DNA from: a virus
Taxonomy: Duplodnaviria; Heunggongvirae; Uroviricota; Caudoviricetes
IMG/VR virus record: IMGVR_UViG_3300029922_000006
Reading direction: 5' to 3' (one strand)
DNA length: 64,000 nucleotides
Shown: piece by piece, positions 45,401 to 53,795 of the stretch
Layout: each line of letters begins with the position of its first letter
Position numbering within the stretch: the stretch's first letter is position 1
Position numbers and translations under genes: made by a program
The notes under the pieces: generated by a model
What the model saw: the letters and a program-made list of their open reading frames with translations, nothing else
Told to the model about the DNA's origin: nothing
Databases searched by the model: none

Positions 45401-46490
45401 CAAAGGCTACGAAGCTGCATGGATCAGCAACACTGACTACGTAACTGGTATTCCAGGAACGTTCAAGGATGTAGTTGTTGGTCAGTGGGTCAAACAAGCT
45501 CAGGACCCTGATTCGTACTACTTGCAAGTGGTTTCGATCAACGGTTCGGCTGCCACTGCTACACAGATCAACCTCGGTGGAAACTACGAAGGTTCGACTA
45601 CTTCTGCTCCTGGCGTTTCGTACGATGAGTTAAATAACTACAATACCGGTATTTATCTCCAAGCTATTGACGATATCATCTTCTACGAAGGTGACGCTGT
45701 CGTTGCTGCAGATACTCTATCAGTTCAAAACCTCGTAGACCCTAACTGGTTCAACGTAGGAAACATTGGCGTGTTCACAATCGCTGCCTTTGGTACTGAT
45801 GGAACCACTTATAAGCCTTACGTTCGCGTTGCTAACGGTAACGGTGTTGCAGAGACTGCTCGTGAGCTCGCTGTATCTCCCACTGGCTTCTATATCACTG
45901 AAAGCTTGTTGAACAAGTTCTATACGACTCGTTTGATCACTCACTCTGTTATGGACGATGCCACCACAACGCTTCGTTCGTTGTACATGGTTCCTGATAA
46001 CAGAAGCTACAAGTTCAGCAATGCTAACAACACTAGTGTTACACACTCTGGTAAACTTGGATTCAGCACTGATGTAACTACTGGTATCGATGGATACCTT
46101 TACTACACAGGATTGTTGCAAACTGTTCAACGTATTGTTGACGGTTACGAACCAGATGCAGTTACATACCCAGGTCGTCGTGCAGTTGGTGGCTTGATTG
46201 AGACTCTTCCTCCGCTGGTTAACGACATCACTATTGCTATCAACGTTACAACTAGTAACGGTGTTAACCTTGGTGACATCACTAACAACATCAAGTCTGT
46301 GATCATTAACTATGTTCAAGGTCTTGGAGTTGGTACAGACGTTATCTTGTCAGAGATCATTGCTCAGGTAATGGGAATTAAAGGTGTTGCAGCTGTAACA
46401 TTTACTAACCCAACTCCTAGCACCGAACGTATAACTATCGCTAGTAATACGCGCGCTAATATCTCGGCTGATAACATCGGAATTGCATAA
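39411..46490 (+). CDS. giant baseplate wedge protein (J/gp6-like) with about 2000-aa beta-rich insertion
   Basis: J-type N-terminus (D.N.GSV..TLLEA...LDARAGDYGLTR..A..ASG.V) and C-terminus (LGVG.DVILSEI...V). Confidence 0.8.
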   Translation: MAIQIKSFNQILGDMIRTILAETPLNDLNAGSVLLTLLEAAAANDFENNAAILNVLELLNIDAVQNSDLDARAGDYGLTRYAAIKASGNVTITNTNITKISTGLYVIKPAPISGQTTLFVNSTTGWAPSGTLYIGRGTQSFEGPIPYSSITQYATYSQINLGSALQRDHLISDVVVDSQGEPDRIIAAGTVVSIPANNQNPEIQYVTLRDAVIPAGEQNVTNVQVIALVAGSQGNAGINTITAFDTPPFAGAAVSNTNAFTDGADIETDVQLRNRIQSYSTTLARGTAASIIDAVIGVSDSTDNKQVASAVITEPTAVNEPSILYIDDGTGFEPSYTGQSVDTLLKNADGTEEFLQLSNYPLPRPQVVNTEAGPFTVTVGSILRVIVDGTEEDIQFLATDFANISAATISEIIIAINARATSFSARFTNDGENILIYPQAYDAELIQVSPQRSTDSTLLYINNLLKFPTNQYSYISLFKNSTRIYEKEKSASVETAAFANWNITGPGDIIISVDGTPAQDRTFALSDFAGASSFASLTLAQYVAAFNTKFAGLTATATASQTMLITSNQQGSASSISVSGGTYLDKWFTSGEISSTGQSSQFQLNRQTGNLQVVDINAGDTVTAGITDAKGFVLSSTTTSGNYNVSSDTNGRPSEMVVVADSTYTTQRALTLLVGATISITNPSGTDMRIMSSTLAAFEALLPGDFIYLTPRTTGWVNSANAGLFKIHAKGPHLTAGTDSFVDVQNINVVPQSNVSILDSLDISAFTTDGFPQIWRGVYVDNPPVASITSIIDSLNTDLINVIASVYNSSAIKLTSTTENGGSIAIPVAVSNASLLFASTPTAELGNPPLIAYSVPTKDLVSNFRITTPTNQNVFLNRHTYTDVKRQLLANSVPDQPDYTGTYSEIVDANLDATTMDFDDYLSFTGGNNRGQFRTVAAFPTSGNVGTQEGTARTQLDHIIGDELQVVTPIQFTTDDSIVVVMDQNSATETVDIQMARTGRVNAGSGGSTFLPTTTEFSGYDADNEAGIDFSNTTVWGTEVNGTNFSDYAVWFMARNWYYGGGVGSGQGQLIVRAQQYGPNGNQLKFALGYPTLVNQAPSTTFVNTPSYSTLTYIFGSGNARPIAVSAGDRISVTGPYPDNSTNFPSGASSTGNYYDYSFSAGNFSTVKVGDVLSINSGSGVSPSNSGQFYVQAISGTTIRVFNPTGSVTAPGTPETSTVTTIADVVGTPTSYGVTTVADVSDNLYQKYFTIYDTQGSVAVWYDVNNTGVAAPAAGTNRYIKVATVVTNDTAATIATKTSQAIALDNAFTVGVVGTQLTITNVINGALANGNSNTSGFTVTTSTGTANQSLTGKYFYIYEPAGSVAVWFDMGDGSTPEPFHGANRSIEVTGAPYGASAATVAAAIVQVVNPDVSFRATASGNAVTITSTSDGALPASTAGTSGFTVSSVAGTLTTAELVTNPNGLSIFPLSGNDVATIASTVNAGTIMTLTPVGSTALTINKATAEEDYTYSGNATALAYGHNPTNSATRGSVGMYDGVAYCKSFSNSNPNFTLKAALVLEGVSSAYDMATAPNYNDANLGEYFKLIPTSVKNIYHHFTQKALSQLPIIADLTITNDRKRIQIDSMQLGSAGAIEVIGGNANASVAYINSEAEDTTDNTGEYLLVKIPAFPDTFSSGDYVTLTNDAGVNRLNRLQATDTIDVTLPSSGFAAYNYNPKVINVASSSVFTIADVSGSYGRPAGYVWRWTHGGGLTFAAVNAGDILFAFGATLPWAQGNKVQSSGDGNIAGFPIIFVNDGANYIDVINPLGKAMGSTAVGTGNTIQICPTPAVRWTLSHAAWVPTGSIIGNGTTASFIATAPVRLNTGDMVSIQDSNNIPDGTYGPVTVTGTTTFSFAYASAAFSEAQTGASVLKSGLVPTRYKVEKLGFNNMIRIHRYDGQSPRFTDCGVAVDDYMVIGGSTFASNNNGTFRVQAVDNDSIIIVNATGTDELNTTTLFNNKGYEAAWISNTDYVTGIPGTFKDVVVGQWVKQAQDPDSYYLQVVSINGSAATATQINLGGNYEGSTTSAPGVSYDELNNYNTGIYLQAIDDIIFYEGDAVVAADTLSVQNLVDPNWFNVGNIGVFTIAAFGTDGTTYKPYVRVANGNGVAETARELAVSPTGFYITESLLNKFYTTRLITHSVMDDATTTLRSLYMVPDNRSYKFSNANNTSVTHSGKLGFSTDVTTGIDGYLYYTGLLQTVQRIVDGYEPDAVTYPGRRAVGGLIETLPPLVNDITIAINVTTSNGVNLGDITNNIKSVIINYVQGLGVGTDVILSEIIAQVMGIKGVAAVTFTNPTPSTERITIASNTRANISADNIGIA

Positions 46491-46492
46491 TA

Positions 46493-49021
46493 ATGGCTGG
46501 TAATAAGACTAAGACAGATGCATTACATGACTTGCTACCAAGTCATTTTAACAGCAGAACCAATCCTAACTGGAAGGCTCTGCTAGATGCTATTGGTTCT
46601 AAGGACCAAGAGACTGCTGACTTAGTTGCTGCTGTGCGTGATCAGTTCTTTGTTAAGACTGCATCTGCTCCATACTTAGATCGCTTGGCAGCTAACAACA
46701 TGATCTCTCGTCCATCCCTCGTTGGCATGGATGACCCCAGCTTTCGTCAGTACATTCCGATCCTCTCTTATAGTCCGAAGCAAGTAAAACTCATCATCGA
46801 TCAGCTTCTTGACATCTTCTTCTTTAAGCAGAGTACTACTGCATTCATCACAACTACTCTTGCTGAGCCATTCGCACTTCAAGATGGTTGGGAATTTGAA
46901 TACACGGTAGATCAGATCAACGATGAGCGCATTCAATTCAGCGCATCTGACTTTACAGACATCACTAACGCTTCTGCAAATGAAGTGGTTGCCGCTATCA
47001 ACCGTCAGACCCAGTACAGCTATGCTACTGCTGACTATGATAGCATCACTAAGAATACTTACATTCAACTATTCACAAATACAATTGGATCTAAAGGATC
47101 GCTTCAGATTGAGGGCGGGCGGGCTAACGTTGCGTTCCAGTTCAATGGCTTTATCTCTGGTGCTGGTCAAGGTGCTAACACTCAGTGGACTGTCACGAAG
47201 ATCGGTCAAGATGTTACTTTTACAAACACCGGCGGTCAATCTCCTGGTCTTAACCAGTTACAGATTGGCGACATTGCTATAATTAACCTGACAGGAAACG
47301 TTGGATCGTTTGCTATCACGAACGTTGATTTAGCTAACAATGCTATTACCTTTGTAAATCTCTTTGCGACAGTTGGTGTTTATAACCAGACTGACGCTAC
47401 ACAAGTAAAGTTCCTGCGTCCTAATAAGTATGCAGGATACTTAAATCCTCGCCGGGCTATGACTTGGGAAGTAACCCAAGGCGAGATCACGGTTGAGATG
47501 CCTACTTCTCCTCCTGTTGTTAAGCGTTCCCTTATGGGATCTGCTCACATCAATGGGGTGTTCAGTCAAATGGACTCGCGTGACAGCGATACCACTATGA
47601 CCTTGGCTGACGCGACAAATTTCCCAGATGGTGGAAATTTCTGGCTTGAGCCCGTTGAAGCTATCATCTCGCACTACATTACTAACTCTGAGAACACAAC
47701 GGTTACGACGACTAGCAATACTCGTCTGATCTATGATGTTCAAAAGTATTCATATACGACTCGCCAAGCAGCAAGTACGACTGGTACGATCCTGTCAGGA
47801 TCACAGCAGATTACCGTGGTAGATCCTACGAACATCGCAACTGGACAACAGGTCGTAATGGCCAATGTTCCTAGTTATGCTCTAGTTCTATCGGTTGTTG
47901 GCAATCTTGTTAACATCGATAGAGAAGCTACTGCAGAGAGTGACAGCGTTGCTGTAACATTCTTAGGCAACCAGCTACAAGGAATCAGCCCTGCTCTTCC
48001 TGCTTCGGCAGCAACGAATGAATATGCTAACACATCGATTAGCCGCACGTCTGGCGTCGTTACGGTTACCGTTTCTCAGGCGCATGGATATCAAGTAGGC
48101 GAATCTGCGATCATCTCAGGCAGTTCTGGGATCTTAGATAGCGTTACTACTGGCACACTGACATCTGGATCTAACCAGGTAACTAATATCGCAAACGTAT
48201 CTGGAATTGCTCCAGGAATGCTTATTTCTGCTATCGGTATCCCATCTGGAACTAGCGTTACAGATATTCAGGGCACTACTGTTACTATGGACCAGAATGC
48301 TTCTGGTAACGGAACAGCTACATTAAACTTTAGCGAAAGCTTGAACGGCGGATTCATTATCACGTCAGTTCCTTCGCCCACAACATATACTTTCACAGAC
48401 CTCGGCAACAATGGAACAGCCTCAAACTCTGGCACTTCGCGTGTAGAGCGTGCAGGTCTTGCTCCCACAGGATCAAACGTCTACTGCACCAATGCTGTCC
48501 CAGCTTCAGAGAGCCGGATCGAAGGACCTTATATCTGGGATCTTACTGCCCCTTTCGTTCTCTCTAGTGATACTGGAACTATTGCTGATAGCATACAAGC
48601 TGGTAAAATTGTTCGGCTTCTTGACTTAGGAACGAATACGATCCCGTCAACTGGTGGTTACTTGATCTTTGACTATGGTCTTGAGACTCAAGAGGGTCCA
48701 GTCAGATATCTCTATAAGCCTACAGACTCGACCATCGCTATTGATCCTTCTTACACTTTTAAGTTCAGTCATGCCATTGGCTCTGGTATAACCTTAGTTG
48801 AAACTAATGGGCCCCATACGATGAGTGGTACGGCTGCTGAATATCCTGCTTACATAACTGACCCTTCTCAAGCTAGAATAACTCTTGAGAACTTGATTAC
48901 GTCAGTGAAAAGTGCGGGTATCTTTGTCAACTTCTTGATTCGTTACCCAGATCAGCTATACGGAACTTTGGACGTATACAATGAACAAGGGCTTGGTGCT
49001 GGCGCACCGTTCAGTGATTGA
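46493..49021 (+). CDS. baseplate wedge / fibre-attachment protein (gpI/gp7-like N-terminus)
   Basis: FVKTA...YLDRLA...RP...DP.FR N-terminus; Thr/Ser/Gly-rich beta domains. Confidence 0.65.
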   Translation: MAGNKTKTDALHDLLPSHFNSRTNPNWKALLDAIGSKDQETADLVAAVRDQFFVKTASAPYLDRLAANNMISRPSLVGMDDPSFRQYIPILSYSPKQVKLIIDQLLDIFFFKQSTTAFITTTLAEPFALQDGWEFEYTVDQINDERIQFSASDFTDITNASANEVVAAINRQTQYSYATADYDSITKNTYIQLFTNTIGSKGSLQIEGGRANVAFQFNGFISGAGQGANTQWTVTKIGQDVTFTNTGGQSPGLNQLQIGDIAIINLTGNVGSFAITNVDLANNAITFVNLFATVGVYNQTDATQVKFLRPNKYAGYLNPRRAMTWEVTQGEITVEMPTSPPVVKRSLMGSAHINGVFSQMDSRDSDTTMTLADATNFPDGGNFWLEPVEAIISHYITNSENTTVTTTSNTRLIYDVQKYSYTTRQAASTTGTILSGSQQITVVDPTNIATGQQVVMANVPSYALVLSVVGNLVNIDREATAESDSVAVTFLGNQLQGISPALPASAATNEYANTSISRTSGVVTVTVSQAHGYQVGESAIISGSSGILDSVTTGTLTSGSNQVTNIANVSGIAPGMLISAIGIPSGTSVTDIQGTTVTMDQNASGNGTATLNFSESLNGGFIITSVPSPTTYTFTDLGNNGTASNSGTSRVERAGLAPTGSNVYCTNAVPASESRIEGPYIWDLTAPFVLSSDTGTIADSIQAGKIVRLLDLGTNTIPSTGGYLIFDYGLETQEGPVRYLYKPTDSTIAIDPSYTFKFSHAIGSGITLVETNGPHTMSGTAAEYPAYITDPSQARITLENLITSVKSAGIFVNFLIRYPDQLYGTLDVYNEQGLGAGAPFSD

Positions 49022-49033
49022 GTCCGATTGGAG

Positions 49034-49039
49034 TATAAT
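49034..49039 (+). promoter_or_regulatory. -10 box, leaderless-type
   Basis: TATAAT-N6-ATG(49046). Confidence 0.55.
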
Positions 49040-49045
49040 TAAGTT

Positions 49046-52000
49046 ATGGCTGTATTAGGTAGACTTTTAATTTCTAGCGCTGAACGACTAGACCTTCCAG
49101 ACGTTTTGTCAATCGACAGCTATGCAGCTGGCGATTTCAAATATCTTCTCCAAGGCTTAGTTAATAACGAAAAACCTTATGTCCTGAAAGGATTCGAGGT
49201 TATCGATCCTGCGAGTGCCATCGGCACTCAGACATGCTCAATTGAGATTGCAGACTCATGTGTGTTCTATCCGGGCTCTGCAGCAGGTCCATTCTTCTAC
49301 GGTCTTCCAGCTGGAAACACGAACGCTCAGCCACTCGTTCCTGAACTCCGCAAGAACGCAGTTAACTACGTTTACCTTACTTTCACTACGACAAATACTT
49401 CTACTGACAGCCGCGCTTTCTGGGATCCAGATAAGAACGGTGGAGTCGGTGGTGAATTCACTCAGGATGTAAATACTGAGAGCGTTCTAACTTGCCAAGT
49501 TAACGTTTCTACTGGCGCTTTCCCGGCCAACACGATTCCTATTGCTAAGATCACAGTTGGTGCAGTTGTTATTACTGCAATACAAGATGCTCGCGATATG
49601 ATGTTCCGTCTCGGAACTGGTGGAATCAGCCCGAATCCATTCGCTTCTTACGACTGGCAATCTCTTCCTAATTCTAGCTATCAACGTAACGAACCGCCTA
49701 CAACTATGGTTGCTGGTGGCGTTAACCCTTTCGAGGGTGGCGACAAGAACATCGAGTCTCTGAAAGACTGGATGGACGCAGTTATGACCAAGCTTCGCGA
49801 GCTTGGTGGTACTATTTACTGGTACCAGGACGCTTCAACTTACAGTATCGTAAGCACATTCACTGATGCATTAACTACTACCTATAAATCTAAAGGTAGC
49901 TGGGTTCACAGTGGAACCACTCCAGGTCTCGTTACTTGGACTGAAGACATCAAGATTAAACTTACTTCTGATCCACGTTACTATATGCTTCGCGCTGGTA
50001 ACGTACAGATGGCGAACGAAAATGTCGCGTACCTAGATCTAGTCCGTAATCAACCGATCAATAGCACCGATGCACCTGTTGCATTCACTAACGGTCAAGC
50101 CTACATCAACACGGTCGGTGGATCTGTTGGATTGTTCGCTAACCTTTCACAAGGTGACTGGATTAAACAAGCGAGCGATCCTGCTCAATACTTCTTACAG
50201 GTTGAGGCATTCTTTGACTCTGTAAACGGTGCAGGAAACCAAACGACTGCGGCACTTGCTAAGTCAGTTGTTTTGTCTGGCGCTTACCTTGGCGTTACAA
50301 CAAACAACAACGCTCGCTACGATAAAGGTGTTTACACTGCTGGCGATGTGATTGTTTCTTCGCGTAATGCTGCTGCTATTGCTGCTGCTGGTGGAGACTT
50401 CAGCTGGTTGATCCTTCGTTCGGACACTATCGAGTCTATTGGTAACATTGCAACAACTAGTCTTACAGTTAGCGTTGCTACTGGATCTGGTTCTCAAGCA
50501 CTTGTTACTAGCACGACAGCTCACGGTCTCTTAGACGGTCAGCGCGTAACGATTGCTGGAACAACTGACTACAATGGAACATACGCTGTAGAAGTTGCTT
50601 CTACAACTACTTTCTATATCACTACTGCTGTTACAGCTGCTGGTCCTGAAACAGGAACTGCAAATTATGCAACGGTAACCACTGTTGCTCGCTCTACACA
50701 ATATGGACTACAACTCGAGTCTGCAGATCACGGATTTGCTACAGACGAGACTATCCAAATTACTGGAACCACCAACTATAATGGTTCGTTCCAAGTTGCT
50801 GTTATCGACTCTACACACTTCCAGATCCCAGTTGCAGGTCCTCTTGCTACTGAGACTGCTGGTTCTGCAACGCTTGCACAAGTAATCGTTCGCTCTGAAC
50901 TTGGTGCATTCTCGCTAGTTCAAGGTGAGTCTGGTTCTATCGGCGACGTTCTTTCTCAGAACATTAAATTGTTCTTGGGAATGACTTCAGATACTCAAGT
51001 CTATCCTGACTATGCTGTTCCATCTGGCTACAATACGCTAGCAGGCACAGAGAACTTCAACAGTGCATCTACTGACAACGTAACAACTCGCCTTAGCGAA
51101 TTGACTGCGATGATGGCTGATAAAGCCCAGGATAAGACTGTTAAGTACTTAGCTACTGGACTTACATCAGTTACAAACACTACAAGCGGTTCAGCTCAGC
51201 AAATCACATTTGCTCCAGCTGGTGCTACCCTTACATTGTTGCTTCCAGGTTCGCCTTCAAACGCAACAGTAACTTTGCCTTCGGCTGCTCCTGGTATCTC
51301 GCTTCTTGCGAACCAATCTGCATACGTAATCATTGATCGTAACGGTGGAACTCCAACCCCTGCAATCCAAATCGCCAACACTGCTTCGCTTGCTATCGGT
51401 GAGAACACATTCGTCATCGCTACTCGCTTAACGGGATCAAACGTATGGTTGTGGGATGGAAGCACACTTGCTTCTGGTTCGACTCCGATCTCTCCGACTG
51501 GTTCAGCTCAAGATCGCAACTTGAAAGTTATCAAGGGTGGAACTTGGTCTTGGACACTTTCGACAAACAGCCTCACTTGGACAAGCGATGCTTATGTCCA
51601 AATGCCTGGCGTTGCTGACATCTCTAATACACTTTCTGCTCAAACTAACACAGCATTGACTGCTGACGATATGGTTCTCTATGTAGAGATCAATCGTTCT
51701 GGCACCACTGCGAATGTCCTCACAATCACTGCAGCGCCGATCGCCTCAGTTCCCGTGGACGCGAACGCATTCATTATTGCGCGTCGAGTTAATAACAGCA
51801 TCATTCTTGGTAACGACGGCATGCTCCTTATTGACGGTGAGTCAAAAGGTCTTCATGCTGGTCTATCAGTACAGAACAGAGCATTGTTCGGTACGGGTGT
51901 TACTGAGGCAACCTCACAAGGTAACTACTCGACTCGCGGCGGCGTAGCCCGTACGATGGCGGATACAGAAGGTTCGTTGGATGCTCTTGCATCTATCGAT

Positions 52001-53734
52001 GCTGAATTCGACAAGTACTTCGGCCAATTGCGCATGATTGCAAAGACGGCAGGAACCACAACACGCGTACGGATCACAGGTTCTGACCGGGTTGCATTCA
52101 CTGGCGAGACATTGACACAATCAATGAGCTCGTTGAAAGTATCCTTCACGGGTGCTGAGATTGATTTTGCTACTGGCAGTATCTACGGTGGGGATGCAAC
52201 TCAACCGTTAAGCAGTGACTTTACAACTGCTCTTGGTGTAAACTTTACACCTGCGTCTGTTCCATCTGGTAACTACTTTTGGTATGCAGTTACTGCTAAC
52301 CCATCAGGAACTAATTCTGATAACACAGTGAATGTTCAGTTCAACGTTATCGGTGCTACAGCAAGCGGAACAACTCCTACTGACGCTCAGAAACCTGCAC
52401 TTGGCGGAACTCTAAAACTTGGATTTGTTGTCGTTAAAGACAACGGTTCTGGTGGCGCTGGAACTATCCTTCCATTCAACTCTGCAAGTATGCCTCTGCC
52501 TGCCGCTTCTGCGCAGTCTAAGATTACTCAGCTCGGCGTTGGATCTGGATCTGGCGGAGGCTCTGGACTTCAAAAGGTTCGCTTGATGAACCCTACATCG
52601 ACTGTATTGCCTACAGGCACTGTAACAGTCGATGGTCAAACGGTTAACACTGGCGATCTAGTATTGTTCACAGGCCTTGCGTCTGGCAATAACATGATCT
52701 ACAAAGCAGTGGGAACTGGCACAACTATCACTAGTTGGCAGTCTCAGTACTTGTTCAATGGTTCGGCATCGCCATCAGAGGCCGATACTGTAATCGTTCA
52801 AGAAGGTACTAGCTACGCAGACACAGTTGGAACATTTACAGGAACAGCTTGGTCATTCAATAATAAAGTAAGATACTTCAACGCAACGGGCGATTACTGG
52901 GAAGTTTCCAGCATGAACTCTGCAGTCCTGGCGAATAACCAGGTTGCACCGGCTGATATCTTTGCTATTAACTGGCTTGGTTCTGAGAACATGTGGATGG
53001 ATTACTCCATCGCGCGTGGAACCACAAAAGAAGCTGGTACGATCCTTATCACTACTGACGGTACTAACGTCGGTATTGCCAACACTAACGTTGAAAACAA
53101 CGGCTATGCTGGTATCCTTTTCGAAGGAACGATCTCTGGATCGACTATCCATATTCAGTACACTTCGACCAATACCGGCTCTACGGCTCAGTTAAAGTGG
53201 ACTCTGAAGCGTTGGGCTGATGCTTCTGGCGGACCTGGCGGAATTCCTAGTTACAGTGGATCGACTAGCTCGAACATCACTGGTAGCGGTTCTGCACAAC
53301 AGATTGCAGTTTGGAACTCGCCTACAAACGTTACAGGAAACTCGAACTTCACAATTGATACGACCAATGGAACCCTTAATTTGGGATCTGGCGCAGATGT
53401 AGTTCAACACACTATCCTTACGGATACTGCACTTGCTGCTAACCAGACTGATGCTTTGTTATTCACTTACAGCACTAGTTATACTTTTGCCGTAGTCGAA
53501 TACTCAGCTGTCTGCCCAACTGGCAACTATCGCATTGGAACTCTCTTGATCACTCAGGACGGTTCAGCTAACGTGAACGTCGTAGATACGTACTCTGAAG
53601 TCAGATCCACTGGATTGATCCTTGCTTCTCCAACAGTGACCCACACAATTAGCGGGTCCAATGTTCAAATTCGTTACAGCTCAGCCGCTGGAACAGTGGG
53701 AACATTCAAATATGCAGTAAGACGCTGGTCATAA
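49046..53734 (+). CDS. long tail fibre / receptor-binding protein
   Basis: 1562 aa, repeated beta modules (T..HG...G..I.I.GT..YNG), two related C-terminal domains. Confidence 0.7.
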   Translation: MAVLGRLLISSAERLDLPDVLSIDSYAAGDFKYLLQGLVNNEKPYVLKGFEVIDPASAIGTQTCSIEIADSCVFYPGSAAGPFFYGLPAGNTNAQPLVPELRKNAVNYVYLTFTTTNTSTDSRAFWDPDKNGGVGGEFTQDVNTESVLTCQVNVSTGAFPANTIPIAKITVGAVVITAIQDARDMMFRLGTGGISPNPFASYDWQSLPNSSYQRNEPPTTMVAGGVNPFEGGDKNIESLKDWMDAVMTKLRELGGTIYWYQDASTYSIVSTFTDALTTTYKSKGSWVHSGTTPGLVTWTEDIKIKLTSDPRYYMLRAGNVQMANENVAYLDLVRNQPINSTDAPVAFTNGQAYINTVGGSVGLFANLSQGDWIKQASDPAQYFLQVEAFFDSVNGAGNQTTAALAKSVVLSGAYLGVTTNNNARYDKGVYTAGDVIVSSRNAAAIAAAGGDFSWLILRSDTIESIGNIATTSLTVSVATGSGSQALVTSTTAHGLLDGQRVTIAGTTDYNGTYAVEVASTTTFYITTAVTAAGPETGTANYATVTTVARSTQYGLQLESADHGFATDETIQITGTTNYNGSFQVAVIDSTHFQIPVAGPLATETAGSATLAQVIVRSELGAFSLVQGESGSIGDVLSQNIKLFLGMTSDTQVYPDYAVPSGYNTLAGTENFNSASTDNVTTRLSELTAMMADKAQDKTVKYLATGLTSVTNTTSGSAQQITFAPAGATLTLLLPGSPSNATVTLPSAAPGISLLANQSAYVIIDRNGGTPTPAIQIANTASLAIGENTFVIATRLTGSNVWLWDGSTLASGSTPISPTGSAQDRNLKVIKGGTWSWTLSTNSLTWTSDAYVQMPGVADISNTLSAQTNTALTADDMVLYVEINRSGTTANVLTITAAPIASVPVDANAFIIARRVNNSIILGNDGMLLIDGESKGLHAGLSVQNRALFGTGVTEATSQGNYSTRGGVARTMADTEGSLDALASIDAEFDKYFGQLRMIAKTAGTTTRVRITGSDRVAFTGETLTQSMSSLKVSFTGAEIDFATGSIYGGDATQPLSSDFTTALGVNFTPASVPSGNYFWYAVTANPSGTNSDNTVNVQFNVIGATASGTTPTDAQKPALGGTLKLGFVVVKDNGSGGAGTILPFNSASMPLPAASAQSKITQLGVGSGSGGGSGLQKVRLMNPTSTVLPTGTVTVDGQTVNTGDLVLFTGLASGNNMIYKAVGTGTTITSWQSQYLFNGSASPSEADTVIVQEGTSYADTVGTFTGTAWSFNNKVRYFNATGDYWEVSSMNSAVLANNQVAPADIFAINWLGSENMWMDYSIARGTTKEAGTILITTDGTNVGIANTNVENNGYAGILFEGTISGSTIHIQYTSTNTGSTAQLKWTLKRWADASGGPGGIPSYSGSTSSNITGSGSAQQIAVWNSPTNVTGNSNFTIDTTNGTLNLGSGADVVQHTILTDTALAANQTDALLFTYSTSYTFAVVEYSAVCPTGNYRIGTLLITQDGSANVNVVDTYSEVRSTGLILASPTVTHTISGSNVQIRYSSAAGTVGTFKYAVRRWS

Positions 53735-53795
53735 CCTTAGTTTATCACTATGATAAAATGAGGGTATCGAGTCGCTTGCTGAGTGAGAGGGTTTT

